A DNA stretch of 64,000 nt from Octopus vulgaris (GCA_951406725.2 OX597819.1:72416001-72480000), one strand, 5' to 3'. Shown: positions 1-14,334, counted from the first letter of the stretch. Program-made: numbers and translations. The notes: generated by a model not told the origin, from the letters alone.

Positions 1-773
1 CAGTGTTCATTTGCAATCTATGAAATTATGCCCAGCTATTGTGTTGATGTTTGAAGGACTCAGGAGAATATTACCTTACATGGAAACCAGTTAAGGGTTG
101 GCAACAAAGACATCCAGCCATAGAAAATCTACTTTGCAAGGGTCAGGCAAAATTTGCCAATGTAAGAACACACAAAAATTGCACTTTTGTGGGTGTCAGA
201 AAACAGGATGGTCCAGACATGCCATCCACATGAAAATGGTGTTAATATTTAATGCATGAAAAACTTAAAATATTGGTCACTGACTAATATATTTATTGTC
301 GCTACATATTTTTATTTCCAGTTACTTTGTCTTAATGTTCCGGGTCTCAAATTAACATTAACTATTCTGATTTCTTCATGTCCATGGAATCTGAAATATT
401 TCATTTCTAAAGTGATTCTAAACATTTGACTTCACAGTCCACTGGAGGCCAAAGTACAAAATTTGGCACACTTCACATGGAAAGCTAATGTATTTTAATG
501 TTAATGTATTTTTTTTTTTTTAGAAAAAATATACAAAACTATTTTATTATTCATAGTCATTTATATGAAAACCATAACATTTTTCATCATGCTCAAACAT
601 AAATATAGATTCTGTAAATTTTATTTTTATAAACTCACAGCACACTGAGAACCTCACTTGTAAACTATATAAATTTAACTCTTTTCAATAGCAACCCACC
701 CAAGACCATCCTTTATTCTAAAATACAAACTTTGTTTTAAAATTATCAAAACTTTTCATCAAAATTTCATATT

Positions 774-982
774 TATTTCTTTATTGCCCACAGGGGGCTA
801 AACAGAGGGGACAAACAAGGACAGACAAAAGGATTAAGTTGATTACATAGACCCCAGTACTTATTTAATCAACCCCGAAAGGATGAAAGGCTAAGTCAAC
901 CTCAGCAGAATTTGAACTCAGAATGTAACGGTAGACGAAATACTGCTAAGCAATTCGCCTAGCATGCTAATGGTTCTGCCAC
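774..982 (-). mobile_element. tRNA-derived SINE with Meta-like central domain and 14-bp TSD, nested in a piggyBac-like MITE
   Basis: Domain ACCCCGAAAGGATGAAAGGCTAAGTCAACCTC is the reverse complement of the Meta/Sauria-type core. TSD CAAAATTTCATATT lies at 760-773 and 983-996. Confidence 0.8.
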
Positions 983-2197
983 CAAAATTTCATATTAATT
1001 TGTTCCAAACATCGGTCTAACAAAGGCTATTTTACTAAATTCTTCATTTTTCAAAATCAAAGTTGGTGTATTTCAAGAGAAACATTGTAACCAAAGGTTT
1101 CAGTAATAGTAAAGTGGATCCTCCTCTACTTTCCATAGAATAAACTTTTGAACCCAACTTCTGGTTCCTTTTGATGCCCACCTGTCTGAGACTGCAGCTG
1201 GTTCTACAATACAAACTTCTGGTTTTAAAGTGGTCTAAAAACCTTCCATCAAAAATTCATATGTTCGAAACACCAGCTTAATGATAAAGATATTCTGCTA
1301 AGGTCCTCATTATTTTCAAAACTAACAAACACAATGTATTTCAACAGAAATATGGTAACAAAAAAAAAAAAATACAAACAGGGTGCTAATGTGCTTGACT
1401 AAATTCTAGTTCCAACACTAACCCCTTAATACAATGGCATTCCCTTTCCACTTTAGACAAAATTAAAAGCAAGACTAGAATGGAAAGAATGAATATTTTA
1501 CACAAGTTAAAAATATGGCAAGGGCATCATTTAACATTTTAACTTATTGAAAAGATTAAATCATATAAATCATGCAGCATTATTTGTCATGGTGGCAATA
1601 AATATGTGGTTTGTGTAAAGTTAGTGGATTCACATTTTTCTCCTTCTCACTCTTCAAATTGTCTAATATTTAAAAAAAATTCCTTTGCAAAGTTTTTCAA
1701 TGCTTTGTTGATGTTATGAATTATATAAAAACAAGAGCCCCACCACCACCACCATCATTTAATAGGTAACTTTGGAAGTATACTTTTACCAATGTGCATC
1801 ATCATTTAAGGCCTTTTTTTTTATGCTGGTAGAAATTGGACAGTTTGACAAAAACAAATGAGCCAGAGGCCTATGTCAGGTTCTGCGTCCATTTTGGCAT
1901 AGTTTCTATAGCTGAATACCCTTCCTAATAACAACCACTTAACAGTGTACTGGGTGCTTTTTACATGGCACCAACATACAATAATTATGAATTAACTGAT
2001 ACCAAATTTCTTAATGTTTATACAAAATGAAATTTTCAAACGAGAAATTTGTTTTATTTAATTTCAAGGTAATTTTTTTTATTCCTATATTTGCAACACA
2101 TGTCTTAGTAAATTTTATCAACATATTCACAATTTATTCCATCACAAAGAAAATAAAATGGTGTATTTTTCAGAAAGTTCTGACACTCATCCTGTAC

Positions 2198-2227
2198 CTC
2201 TTGTGTTAATTCTCTCCTCCTCCTCCT
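2198..2227 (-). CDS. Candidate 30-nt microexon (EEEEERINTR if phase 1-1)
   Basis: Minus strand reads CACTTTTTACATCATAG|AGGAGGAGGAGGAGAGAATTAACACAAGAG|GTACAG. Purine-rich and a multiple of 3 in length. Confidence 0.25.
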
Positions 2228-3228
2228 CTATGATGTAAAAAGTGACTGGAGATTGAAGCAACCAATCACCATGTATGATATATCAGCTATTATTAAATAG
2301 AGATAAAAAAGAGGGAGAATTAAGTGTTCAAGTTTATAAGATTTAAGAAGATTAATGGCGCAATACAGTAAAAAAACTGCTTCTTCCTGATGACATATTT
2401 TAGGGTGTTATTAGGACTCAGCTCTCAAATCTTTTTATAGCTGTTGATATGTCACTAAAACAGTGTTACATTGATGTTAAAACCAGCTTCCACTCCACCC
2501 CTACCTCTTCACAGTAGAAGACTTGATGCGCTAGAAATACAAACAGCATCTGATTCATACAACACAAATATTAATGCTGTGTGTGAAAGCCAACATCTTT
2601 TACAGGTTTTTTTTTTTGTTCATCTGTCATTATGGATGCGAGTGAGTGAATGTGTATGTACACATGAGTATGTGTGCTTGTGGGTGTGTATTGTGTGCAT
2701 GTGCACACACATATACACACACACACGTAGACATGTGTGTGTGTGTAAAACATGTTATTCTTACGGACTACATTACTGTGGTAACTTTCAATGTCAAGTG
2801 TTTAATAACCATCTAGAAGATACTGAATAATCTAGTAGACAAATTAAAATAGAAAATAGAAATATTTTACTTGAACAGCTGAGTAGAAATGTAGCTGATA
2901 TTTCAGTATCTGATTTGACATTTTAGACCCACAGCCACATACGAACATCACAAAAACGAATTTAATACAGCAAGAAAAAAAATGTTGAAATACCTTGGAG
3001 CAAAAATTGTACTTAAGTTATGCAACTTTAAGAAAACTAACAACTAGCCTATCTCACAATGAGTCATAGTTATTCAGTAACAAAAAAGTAGGACTTCATC
3101 TTCCTGTATTTGAATAGATTTCTGTCTAAGACAAGCAGTTTAAAAAGTGGAGGGGAAAAAGCAGCTGTATTAGCATAGAAAGAAACTTTAAAAATCTCTT
3201 GGGAGGGATAAAAAAGAAAAAAAACTCT

Positions 3229-3584
3229 TTAACCTTCTGATACCAAATCCCTGGCCTTATGAATGAAACTTCCTGTTTTAATATGATCTAGATAAAATGT
3301 TTCTATCAAAATTTCATGTTAATTTATAGTCCAAACACTAGATAAACAATAAAGCAGACAGAGAGACAAAATGTTTAGCAGCATTTCTTCCAGTGAGTTC
3401 AAATTCTACAGAGGCTGACTCTGCATTTCATCCTTTCAGGGGTCAATGATATAAGTACCAGTGATACACTGAGGTTAATGTAATCAAACTAGCTACCTTC
3501 CCCAAAATTTCAAGCCTTGAGTCAATTAGCAGAAAAAATTGAAAGAAAGGCATTTCAATAGAAGTAAAGCAATAAATGGGTTAA
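3229..3584. mobile_element. piggyBac-like MITE with an internal Meta-SINE fragment; related copies at about 680-1100, 1165-1365 and 26130-26850
   Basis: Ends TTAACCTTCTGATACC...AATGGGTTAA (TTAA target, CC(C)T/GGG termini). The internal CATCAAAATTTCATGTTAATTT...CCAAACAC motif is shared between copies. Confidence 0.55.
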
Positions 3585-4059
3585 AATAACACTAAAAAAA
3601 ATAATATAAAGAGAAATTAAAATAAACTTGAGCAAAAGATGAAAATTCAGCAAAAAAAAAAATATCTACAAGGCAACCACACTACAAGATACTTGAAGGA
3701 GTTTTAATTTCTTCAAGAGGCAACCAAGTAAACTGGAAATATTTGTTAGTGTTTTAAGTAGTAAATGTTTTGGTAACATCTAGTTTATTCAAATAAGCCT
3801 TTCCTGGAGCATGGATAATTTAACAATTCAAATATCTTCCTTCAAAGCTACAGACCATTTACAAATGACAATTTAATGGTTTTAATTATTTTCAGCCACA
3901 ATATAAACATGTGTTTTACTCATTTAGAAAACTAAGACACATTGCAGAGAAAAACCTAAATTTGCAAACAATTTAAAATCTTTAAAAAAAAATGATATTT
4001 AAACTTGACAATCATGAGATTAGTAAAGAACTTTACAAGTCTTTAATTTATTTCAATTT

Positions 4060-4428
4060 TTTTTCTTTTACTTGTTTGTCATTAGATTGTGGTCATGCTG
4101 GAGCACTGCCTTGAATTGCTTAGTTGAATGAATCAACCCCAGTACTTTTTCTTTTTAAAATCTGGTACTTATTCTATTGGACTCTTTTACCCAACCAGTA
4201 AGTTACAGGGATGTAAACATATCAACATCAGTTGTCAAATAGTGAGGGAGCACAAACATACAAAGACACACAATGAACTTTCTATTTCCAAATACCAAAT
4301 CCATTCACAAGGTTTTAGTTGGCCCAAAACTGTAGATGGCACTTTTCCAAGGTACCACACAGTAGGACTGAACCCAAAACCACATGGTTAGGAAGCAAGC
4401 TTCTTACCACACAGCTATGCCTGTGCCT
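4060..4428 (-). mobile_element. tRNA-derived CORE-like SINE (family A), CpG-decayed copy
   Basis: Shares head (GCTGTGTGGTAAGAAGCTTGCTTCC...GGGTTCAGTCC), CORE-like CCTTGG(G)AAAAGTG segment and tail with copies at 24766, 39437 and 58835. Confidence 0.8.
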
Positions 4429-5079
4429 ATATTCAGTTTTTAGGCTTAAATGTTTCCTAAGTTGAGAGAACTGATTATATTCTGAAAGCCCACAACACTT
4501 CTGCAGGTTCTTATTCAATTCTCTTAGTTTCTCTGCCAAGTTGATTTTTGAGGTTTCCCCAGCAATTATTGTGTTGTCCCTTTATTTGACATGTCTTTGA
4601 AGGGATTCAAACTCACATGCCTCAATTCATAAAGGTGCATGGCCTTGTGATTCAGGTGTTCAGCTCATAATCATAACATTATGGATTCAATTCCTGGACC
4701 TGCCTGTGCACTGTGTCCTTAAGACATTTCACATTACTCCCGTCAACTTAGCTGCAACTGAGTAACAACCAATAACAGTGCATCACTATCTCTCTTTATC
4801 TCTCTAGTTGTCATATCCTGGGTGTTACAATTGGGTCAAAAGGATGGAAGATCCAAAACAATGTCTAGACACCTAAACCAACAAGCAAAAACCACAATAC
4901 AAGTTACCAAGCCACAATATCCTCTCCCTCACTGAGATATATTTATTAAACTTTACAAGAGCCTGCTAACCTCCAAACTGCCACCTGTCTTCCTGTAAAA
5001 GTTTAATGTATTCCACTGAAAAAGTAGAGGAATTCTTCAGTTTAATGTGAAATTGTTTTATTATAACTTGACATTAAAG

Positions 5080-5123
<44 letters not shown>

Positions 5124-5124
5124 T

Positions 5125-5300
5125 CATTTAACATCTGCTTTCCATGCTGGCATGAGTTAGACAGTTTGACTGAGGACTGGCAAGCCAGAGGCTGCACCAG
5201 GCTCCAGTCTGATCTGGCAATGTTTCTACAACTGGATGCCCTCCTAAAGCCAACCACTCAGTGTAGTGGGTGTTTTTTGTGCCACCTATATGGGCCAAAA
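5125..5300 (-). mobile_element. Short interspersed repeat family C (GGTTGGCGTTAGGAAGGGCATCCAGC motif); copies also at about 1795-1975, 11585-11730, 23020-23245, 29360-29490, 30035-30205 and 43865-44025
   Basis: The AGGAAGGGCATCCAGC...CCAACCCATGCCAGCATGGAAA...GACGTTAAA sequence recurs in both orientations. Confidence 0.75.
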
Positions 5301-5507
5301 GAATGTAGTTGTATAAAGCTGGAACAATGAAAGGTACAAAGTAAACTATAAACTGAAAAGAAAACAAAAAGTTACAGTTTTATTTTGTATTTCTATATTT
5401 TGGGGTAAAGATCCCTTCTTCAGGACATTCAGAAGAGCAGTGATTGGAAAAAGTTTGTTACTCAGAAGTGCAAATTACACCTCACAATGCTTCACAAAAA
5501 CTACCAC

Positions 5508-5574
<67 letters not shown>

Positions 5575-7278
5575 TATCTTTTACTTATTTCAGTGATTAA
5601 ACTAATGGTAATTGCTGGAGTGCCACTTTGAAGAATTTTTTTTTAAGCCTGTCACTAATTTTGTTGGTCTCTTTTGCTAAACCATTATGTTACAAGTACA
5701 TTAACACACCAACACTGGTTGTCAAGCAGTGGTGAGGGACAGACAAACACAGGTCTTCTTTCAGCTTCTGTCTATCAAACCTATGCACAATGCTTTGGCC
5801 AGCCCAAGGATGTAGAAGACACTTGCCCAAGGTGCTACACAATGGGACTGAACCTGGAACTCTGTGTGTGTGTTTAGAACATAAGCCAAGATGTATGAGA
5901 GATGAACATATTTCCCCAACTGACATCCATAGGATTGCCATTTCATAGCCTTCTTCATGTAATAATTTTATTTTTCAACTGAGTTGCAAATTTGATGTAA
6001 CCAGGATAATCTTTGATCTGAAGAGCTAACCATCAGATCAAAGGATTACTATGTGGTATGGTTGCTGGGGCCACTACAGGAGCTTCTTTGTGATCACCAC
6101 AGGATTCTATGAATCCATATATTGCCCATTAAATAAATATAGACAGATATGATATACAATCACTTTAACATTCCCTTCTCCACACTTCCATAGATCAGAT
6201 GGAATTTATTGAGGCAGATTTTCTATGATCAGATATCCTTCATGTTGCCAACCGTCACCTGTTTTCAAGGAAGGTATTATTTCCTCATGGCTAGACAGGT
6301 TTCACAGAAGATTGGAAATGAAGGACACTGCTTGTACAACAGTGACATTCAGTTACAAATATCAGACAAAATCAAGAGAAAGAGACGCACTAACATAAAT
6401 GCATGCACACCCAATGGGATTATTTCAGTTTATCAAACCCACTGATAAGGCTTTGGTCAGTCCAGGACTACAGTAGAAACCTCTTGTCTAAGGTGCCATA
6501 TAGTAGGACTGAGCCTAAAACCATGTGGTTGGGAAGCAAACTTCCTAATCATACAGCCAAGCCTATCAGTAATATATATATATTTCTTTTCTGTTGATTG
6601 CCTAGAACAGTTAGAAAAAAGACCACCATTTTCAGTAGAATCATTCATACACATGGATAATTCCATTCATAATGGAATGAGTTACTAATTAAAACATAAG
6701 GGAGTTGTGATTTTAAGACTGAACTAAGCAACTTTATATATTGACACCAACTTGCCAGAAATGTTCTATGATACAGAATCTGGTTTGAAGTAAAACATTT
6801 TCAAAATTTATCAAATATTTATACTTAATGGTTAGTTGTGGTATACAAAAAGGTTCAATATGCAATTTTATATTATTGATTTACCTGGACATATGTAAAT
6901 GATATTTACAAAAATATAAAGCTTTGTTTTTAAAAAAGAAACTGAAAAAAAAAAATTCTAAATTGTATTTGCTATCATTTGGATCCTGCTTGAAATCCAC
7001 TTTGTAAAGAGAAATTATTTAAAATAAGCCACAAATTTAGGGATGGAATAGTTTTAAGCCCTAGACAACTATTCTTTTTCATCTAAAAGGGCCAAAAGAT
7101 AAAATTGGTAAGTTTTGTTTTTCTTTACACAATAGAAAAAAAATTATACAATACTCAAATTTCTTCCAAGAACCAATATATCTATATACATATATACACA
7201 TGTACTTTATAAAAAATATAACATCATGAAAAGAGAATAAACCTAGAAAATACAATTGAATATAAAAACACAAAATAA

Positions 7279-7850
7279 TTTACTGTCTGCTCCTCCAACT
7301 TCCGCAGGTACTTCCACGGGCACTTCAGGAAATTTACTGTCTGCTCCTCCAACTTCCGCAGGTACTTCCACAGGCGCTTCAGGGAGTTTACTTTCTGCTC
7401 CAACTTCCACAGGTACTTCCACAGGCGCTTCAGGAAGTTTACTGTCTGTTCCTCCAACTTCCGCAGGTACTTCCACAGGCGCTTCAGGGAGTTTACTTTC
7501 TGCTCCTCCAACTTCCGCAGGTACTTCCACAGGCGCTTCAGGGAGTTTACTTTCTGCTCCTCCAACTTCCGCAGGTACTTCCACAGGCGCTTCAGGGAGT
7601 TTACTTTCTGCTCCTCCAACTTCCGCAGGTACTTCCACAGGCGCTTCAGGGAGTTTACTGCCTGCTCCTCCAACTTCCGCAGGTACTTCCACAGGCGCTT
7701 CAGGGAGTTTACTGCCTGTTCCTCCATCTTCCGCAGGTACTTCCACAGGCGCTTCAGGGAGTTTACTGTCTGTTCCTCCAACTTCCGCAGGTTCTTTAGG
7801 AAGTTTGTCTGCTCCTCCAGCTGCCAAAGGTTTACTGTCAAGCAGTTTAC
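7279..7850. repeat. 54-bp GC-rich tandem repeat (9 near-identical units plus degenerate leading units)
   Basis: Unit GGGAGTTTACTTTCTGCTCCTCCAACTTCCGCAGGTACTTCCACAGGCGCTTCA recurs at 54-bp spacing (for example 7487, 7541, 7595). Confidence 0.95.
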
Positions 7851-7857
7851 TGTCCAT
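7284..7857 (-). CDS. Candidate exon encoding an acidic Pro/Glu/Val-rich 18-aa repeat (SKLPEAPVEVPAEVGGAE x9); possible alternative first or cassette exon of the NHERF-like gene
   Basis: ORF 7857-7243 has AGAATGG context and an upstream in-frame TGA. The one short internal unit differs by 3 nt, so the frame is kept. A phase-1 donor GACA|GTAAAT at 7284/7283 marks the end of the repeat. Confidence 0.45.
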
Positions 7858-8799
7858 TCTTCCAAAGGTGCTTCAAGCAATTTACTTCAACTCCTTCAGT
7901 CAGAAAAACTTCACACTATTTTTAAATTCGTCAATCACAAATATTTTCTAAGAATCTCAAATGTCTTAAAAGTTATAATTCTCTATAAGCATAAAAACTG
8001 ATTCTTCATTGTTTTTGTTTTCTTCAGTGATACAACTAATATAAACGTACAGACTAACCGAAAGAATACGCTTCACAAAAATCTCGTAACTCTGGCAATA
8101 ACTAAGGTAGGTGATAAGCAACAAATGTCTACATGTACAAATTATATAAGCTGGCATAAAATAAAGTGTCCTATATATTAAATGATGCAGAAGAAAACCC
8201 ATTAAGAAATATCACTTAATTGCACATACAAAAACATCAAAATCAACATCAGTCATGCTCAAGTGATTTTCTTTTCTGTTTTGGCAAATTTTTCCTATAA
8301 CAGATGAAATAAAATGTTGGTTGATTATTTCCCCAGTCAAGCTTTACATCAGAAAGAGAAAAGAGAGAATGGGAGTAAAAGAAAGATACAGAAGAAATTA
8401 GCATAATAGGTGCAGGAGGAGGAGCATGATTACTTTCTGAGAAATATACATTTTTTTAATGAAATTTTACAGAAATAAATTTTCAATGGAGTAGGTTGCA
8501 ATTATGTAAATTAAATTTAGAGAAAAAAAAGAAATATTCATTGCATATATACAAATGAGAAATTCACTTTAATATTATTTTAAGATAATTTTTATCTCAA
8601 AATTAATATTCATTTTATCATTTTGTATTAACCCCCAAGAAATCTGATAAGTGAAATTGTTATTCCTGATAATACCCATGGTAATAAAACTATACTTACT
8701 AAGTTACCTGTAACACTAGTATTATGAGAATTAAGAACCAAATACTCTACAAAAAAATTTCCTTTCATAGACTTTTTAAAGAAAATTATTACATATTAG

Positions 8800-9480
8800 A
8801 AATACTTGGGGTTAAGCAGTGATCTTATATACTATCACCACACTCAGCATTGTGTATTTTGGAAACCCCATCTTGGAGGATTCTAGCACAGTAGTTCTCA
8901 ATTGCAGTCTAAGCAGCCTTCCAGCAGCCCTCAGCAGTCTTCATTCCATAAATATGGTAGATTTTTCATTAATTAACTTCACCCTTTTGGTGCAGCCCTT
9001 AAAAATAAACCAGGTTTTAGCTCTGGCAACCACTGTTCTAGAAGTATTTAGTGTTATTCTGTATTAATTGATCAGAGGACAACACACAACATGAGGTCAT
9101 TGATCAGCTACAAACTGGCAAACTAGCTCTATACAATGCATCCAATAACCATATTGTACCTTTGATTCTTGACAAATCCGTTTTACAATTACAGCATGGA
9201 ATTAGCTCTTCAAAAACACAACTTCACTTAAACATTATTTGGTATCAAAATTTTTGTAACACCAAATAAAAGTTGAGATTTTGTGTTTCTGAATTCCTGT
9301 GTCCTCCATGTACTGAGAGCTTTAGTTTCAATGGTCTTAAACCAAAATCACTTGCCAGGTATGTACAGCTCTCCAAAAATTCATAATTCCTTATATATAG
9401 ACTGCTGCTCCCACTTATGGCCACCACACAGTGTAAAATTAACAGTGGAACTCAAAGCAATCCAGTTTCCAAGAAAGGTA
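8800..9480 (-). pseudogene. Highly degraded non-LTR (RTE-like) reverse transcriptase remnant
   Basis: Broken frames give LESCTYLASD (similar to the YLG motif) and AKTW...KRVK (similar to the YGAETW region). Many stops. Confidence 0.3.
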
Positions 9481-9495
9481 TTATTTACGCATGCG

Positions 9496-9731
<236 letters not shown>

Positions 9732-12700
9732 GAAACCAATGTGAAGTTCTTAAAATTGAAGTCCAGTGTTTGAATAAAAGTAGCAGAGATAAAAATTCAA
9801 ACTTTTTATTACCAAATAGCATTTTCCACTGTTAGTTTCTGTAATTTTGAGCTTGTTCCAAATTCATGTTGGTAATATTATGACTGAAGGAAGCCAGCAA
9901 TGTTTACTACACAGCTAGAAATTGGTGCCAGGTAAAAATAAATCAAAGGAGGTTGTATTCTGGGTAAGGGTTATGGCAGTCTGGACATTTCAGGACCTCA
10001 CAGAAGAGATATCAAGAACATAGAAGCTGCCGAGAGCATTTAGATGGTTCTGGCAGAAAAAGGGGATTGATGGGATCAGAATGCTGTTTGAGAATGGTTC
10101 TTGGCTTCATCAACCCAGGCTAGGTCACTTGGATGAGGAGGTTTGTTGTAAGCCCTAAAATCCTTTGACCCCAGGATATAACACTGATTTATTGCATCTG
10201 TAAATGTTGACTTTGGATTTTCTCTCATGTGTAACAAAATTATGAAAGACAACTTGTTTACATTAGAATTAAAAACCTTCAATGGAAACCAGTTTCCAGT
10301 TTGTTTATTGAAGGTGTCTTTGATGTTCATTTTACAAACTAGGCCTAATTTTGAAAGTCAAATTTTTACGAGAGAGCTTAATATCAACATGAAACACAGG
10401 AGTCCATTGACAGTAGCAGTAATAATGTTGCTAAACGTGACATTGCAAAGAATGCACTCATCAATGAGTCACCTTTTAAAAGAAGATATCTAGCATTGTG
10501 GACCACAGGAGACTTTTTGCAATATATCCCTTGACACTGGGGTTAGCTGGTTACATATAAAATTGCTAAAATATCCAAGACATTGCTTCCGGAATTTTTT
10601 TTTATTAAATGCTAGAGTTGATGTTTCACACCCGTTTTATTTTAATCTACTCAGATTAAAATAAAAACACTATTCCTGATTGCCTTAGCTATACAGCAGA
10701 ATGAAGATTTAGTTCCAATGTAACCAAATGATGTTTTTGTTTAAGAATAAACTTTTTATTTTGTTTATTCCATCCTTTTCACCCTTTGACTACCCCTGCT
10801 ATTCTCATCATTCTCTTCCAACATCAGTACTTCTTTACCATTATACTTTTTCCACCTATTCCAATCCTGATATCACTCCTTTCTCTCTCATTCCCTTCCT
10901 TGGTCAACTGAGCAAATGTATATACCATAAATTATGAATTGTATACACACCATTTGTCAACAAACAAGATATATTCTTTGTGACAAAAACTCAGTGAGTA
11001 GCTTGTTCCCCAGTTTGAACCTGTATCAAGCATGTTCAGACTCATAACATTACAATTTCACTTATCACTGCTTAGCGCTCCCCCTCCATTTACTTACGGT
11101 GAGTCGTTGTATAGTGCTGCCATTTAAAGTATGGTGACTGGAACAGCATAAGAGAGGTAATCTCAATCCAGCTCATAGTGTTGTCTGCTTTGTGTCTGTG
11201 ACTGATGAAGCGATTACTCCGAAATGTTAACATCTAACAGTTTAGGTGGATGGTGCTGCAAGCTGATATATTGAGGCATTGTTTTACAGTCAGGTACCCT
11301 TATTGTTGACTGACCCATTTTCAAATACAAGGCCTATTTCACAGGCCTTTGAAGACAAAGCAACTGGATGATTTGTTCACAAGTGACAACATTGCTTACA
11401 GCTAATATGTGTAAACATACAGACACACCATGTATATAACACACATGACAAGCTTCTTTCAGTTTCCATCTACCAAATCCACTTACAAAGTTTTGACTCA
11501 CCTAAGGCTGTAGTAGAATGCACTAACCCAAAACCATATAATAAGCAAACTTCTTAACCACACAGCCATGATTCACTCATATCTGCAGAGTAGTTGACGT
11601 TAGGAAGGGCATCCAGCCATAAAAACCATACCAAAACCAACACTGAAGCCTGGTGCATTCTTCTGCCTCGCCAGCTCTTGTCAAACCATCCAACCCATGC
11701 CAGAATAGAAAGCAGACATTAAATGGTGATGATATATGCATACACACACACACACACACCACTTAAGTGACTTTGGTCCAAAGCAGTGTTGTAACTGAAG
11801 AGTCATTTTAACTAGTTAAGGTCACGGAAACCGATATAATTCACTTGTTTCTTAGCAGTACAGCATTTGGATATTTTCTGTTTCGTTGCCAGTGGCTTCA
11901 AAAGTTAAAGTTTACCAAAAATTTTTTAATTTGGCACTATAATACTGAATTGCTGGAGTTATTTTTTTCCAGAAAAATGTTTTTAAAAAGTTATAGAGGT
12001 TTAAAGTTTCATCATTTTCATCCAGTTAGGAAACAGGATTTAGAAGTGGACATTTTGTGTGTGACTGCACATTTTGTCAACAACCTGAAAATAGCACGTG
12101 TTAATGTTTGTAAACATGTTATGTCTCTGGTAATTTTCTTTCATGTAAATAAATCTTATTTAGCTGTTATTTTTAGCATGAAAGTTCTCTGGTAATTTTC
12201 TTTCATTTAAATAAATGTTTGTTAATTTAAGAGAAAAACAGTTTCAAATCTCTGAGTGAGATTTTGGCAAATAAACGTTAATAGATTTATCCAAAAAAGT
12301 TTTACTTAGTTATTTTTAGCACACCTCACAACCACCTCAATGCTCAATGACAAAAAGAAACAAACATTAAACAAACAATTTAAATATGTTTAATAATTTA
12401 AACATGCATACTGAAAAACCTGTCTGGTCTCGTGACACACTCCTCTGAAAACCTGCTCAGGTAGGACCCCTCCTCAGTTGACTGCTGTCAGCACATGCTT
12501 CCTCACAGACCTTTCAAAAACTTACTATGGCAACAAGCAAAAGAGTTGTTACTATCAAAACAGACATGAATGTGTCTGTGGCTTACAATTGGCTAATATT
12601 ACCAAAATTTTCAAACTTTAAAAGCTAATAACACTTTGATTTATAGCGAAAAGTACTTTCACGTCATTAATTAGCCTATAAAAGTGTTATCATTACACTG

Positions 12701-14160
12701 AATGTGAAATCAATTCAAAGAGAAAATGCAAAGAGAAAATGGCAGCCGCTGGTACCCAAACAGAAAAGATCCTAGCAGTTTAATATGAAGCGTCAAAAAG
12801 TCTTGCACTTCTGCAACCCAACACTGACAATTCAACTGCATCTTAGATTAAATAGAATGGTTGTTACCTTAGATACAGTGGAATGGTGTCAATGACCAAG
12901 TCATGCCATAACAGGCCATACTATTGAGAAATATATATTAAAATATTAAAACTAAATACAACAGGTTTTGTGTTGACTAAAATAACTTCCACAACTATAT
13001 ATATACACATACATACACACAAATACATATACGAACATACATATATATTTTTCAAATGATTATAAAGACTAAAGTTTAAAATATACCCAGGGTGTCGAAT
13101 CTAAGAGAGAAGACTATCAAAACACCGATTCATTTTTGACAACGTCTTAATTGTTGTAAGCTTAAATAAAAATATTTAAGGATAGCAGTTCCCTACCAAC
13201 ACTTCAGTCATTTCTGCCACCACCACAATAGCTAATTCCTTAACCCGCTGGGCCTGGTTGAATATCAACAGCTCTGAATCAAATATCTAGGTCATAACAT
13301 GACAGAAAAATAAGCTATTGGGATTAGGTTTCTTTCAGATTTGTCAAATAACCTGCTTAACAGGTAGGAGACTACAAGAGAGACATGGTGAGAGAGACCA
13401 GGAGAGAGAGGGAGAGAGAATTCTCTGGAACTTAGACTATGAAAACTATTAGGAAACAGGTTGAATTTAGACAACTAAGTGTTTCCTTTTATAGTATAGA
13501 TACTATGAAAAAAGAACGATTTAGATATGCACACACCAAATAAAAACATCTCAAATAAATACAATAGAAAATAGATAGCACTTATTAGGGTCACAGCTTG
13601 CAGTGAAGATAGGAACTGCAAATAGATAAAATGAATTAAGAGAGGTTTAAAATAAACCAAATATTGACACATGTCGATCAAGTGAACAGTAGAAATGGCG
13701 ATTTAATAAGGTTTATAGCATGTTTATCTACATGAACAGGGTCTAAGCCAACATTACTGCATTGGATGTCATACAAGACATTACTTTCAAAAAATGTCAC
13801 ACAAAAAAAAAAAATTAGAAAAAAAAAGAAAAAGCATCTGTGAGGTTGGGTGGGGTGCGAAAGTATGTGCTTTAAGTTTTTAGCTTTCAGATTACTGCAC
13901 GAAATGTAAAACTTATTTACATTGTTTTGAATTAATCATGCATTAATTGTTTTGAATTTAGAGGTTGAGATTCTGATGATGGGATTGTTTATTCTGAGAA
14001 TAAAATTATAGGTATGAGAGGTCACATCTGGTCAGTTCCAACATAAAATGAAAACATTTAGGGTCAGATGTGGCCTGCACAAAAACTTTTCCAGATAATG
14101 TGCTAACAGGCCATGTAGTAAGAAGCTTACTTCCCATCCACATGGTTCTGGGTTCAGCAT

Positions 14161-14334
14161 CAGAGAGAGAGAACGACAGCGACAGAGAGAGCGACAGAGA
14201 GAGAGCGACAGAGAGAGAGAGAGCGACAGACAGAGAGAGAGAGAGAGAGAGCGACAGACAGAGAGAGAGAGAGAGCGACAGACAGAGAGAGAGAGAGAGC
14301 GACAGACAGAGAGAGAGAGAGAGACAGACAGAGA

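Noticed and set aside
7224-7951. Alternative readings of the 54-bp repeat (LKRLWKYLRKLEEQ on minus; SAPPTSAGTSTGASG on plus)
   Set aside because: Both begin at non-ATG codons and lack supporting splice or Kozak context. The MDSK frame fits better, though these are not formally excluded.
8250-8440. Possible exon starting ESNHAPPPAP after TTTCTCAG on the minus strand
   Set aside because: No convincing donor, and the downstream sequence is low-complexity and pyrimidine-rich.
11195-11235. CTGATGAAGCGATTACTCCGAAATGTT hammerhead-like string
   Set aside because: Stems I and II are mismatched; at best a decayed relic.
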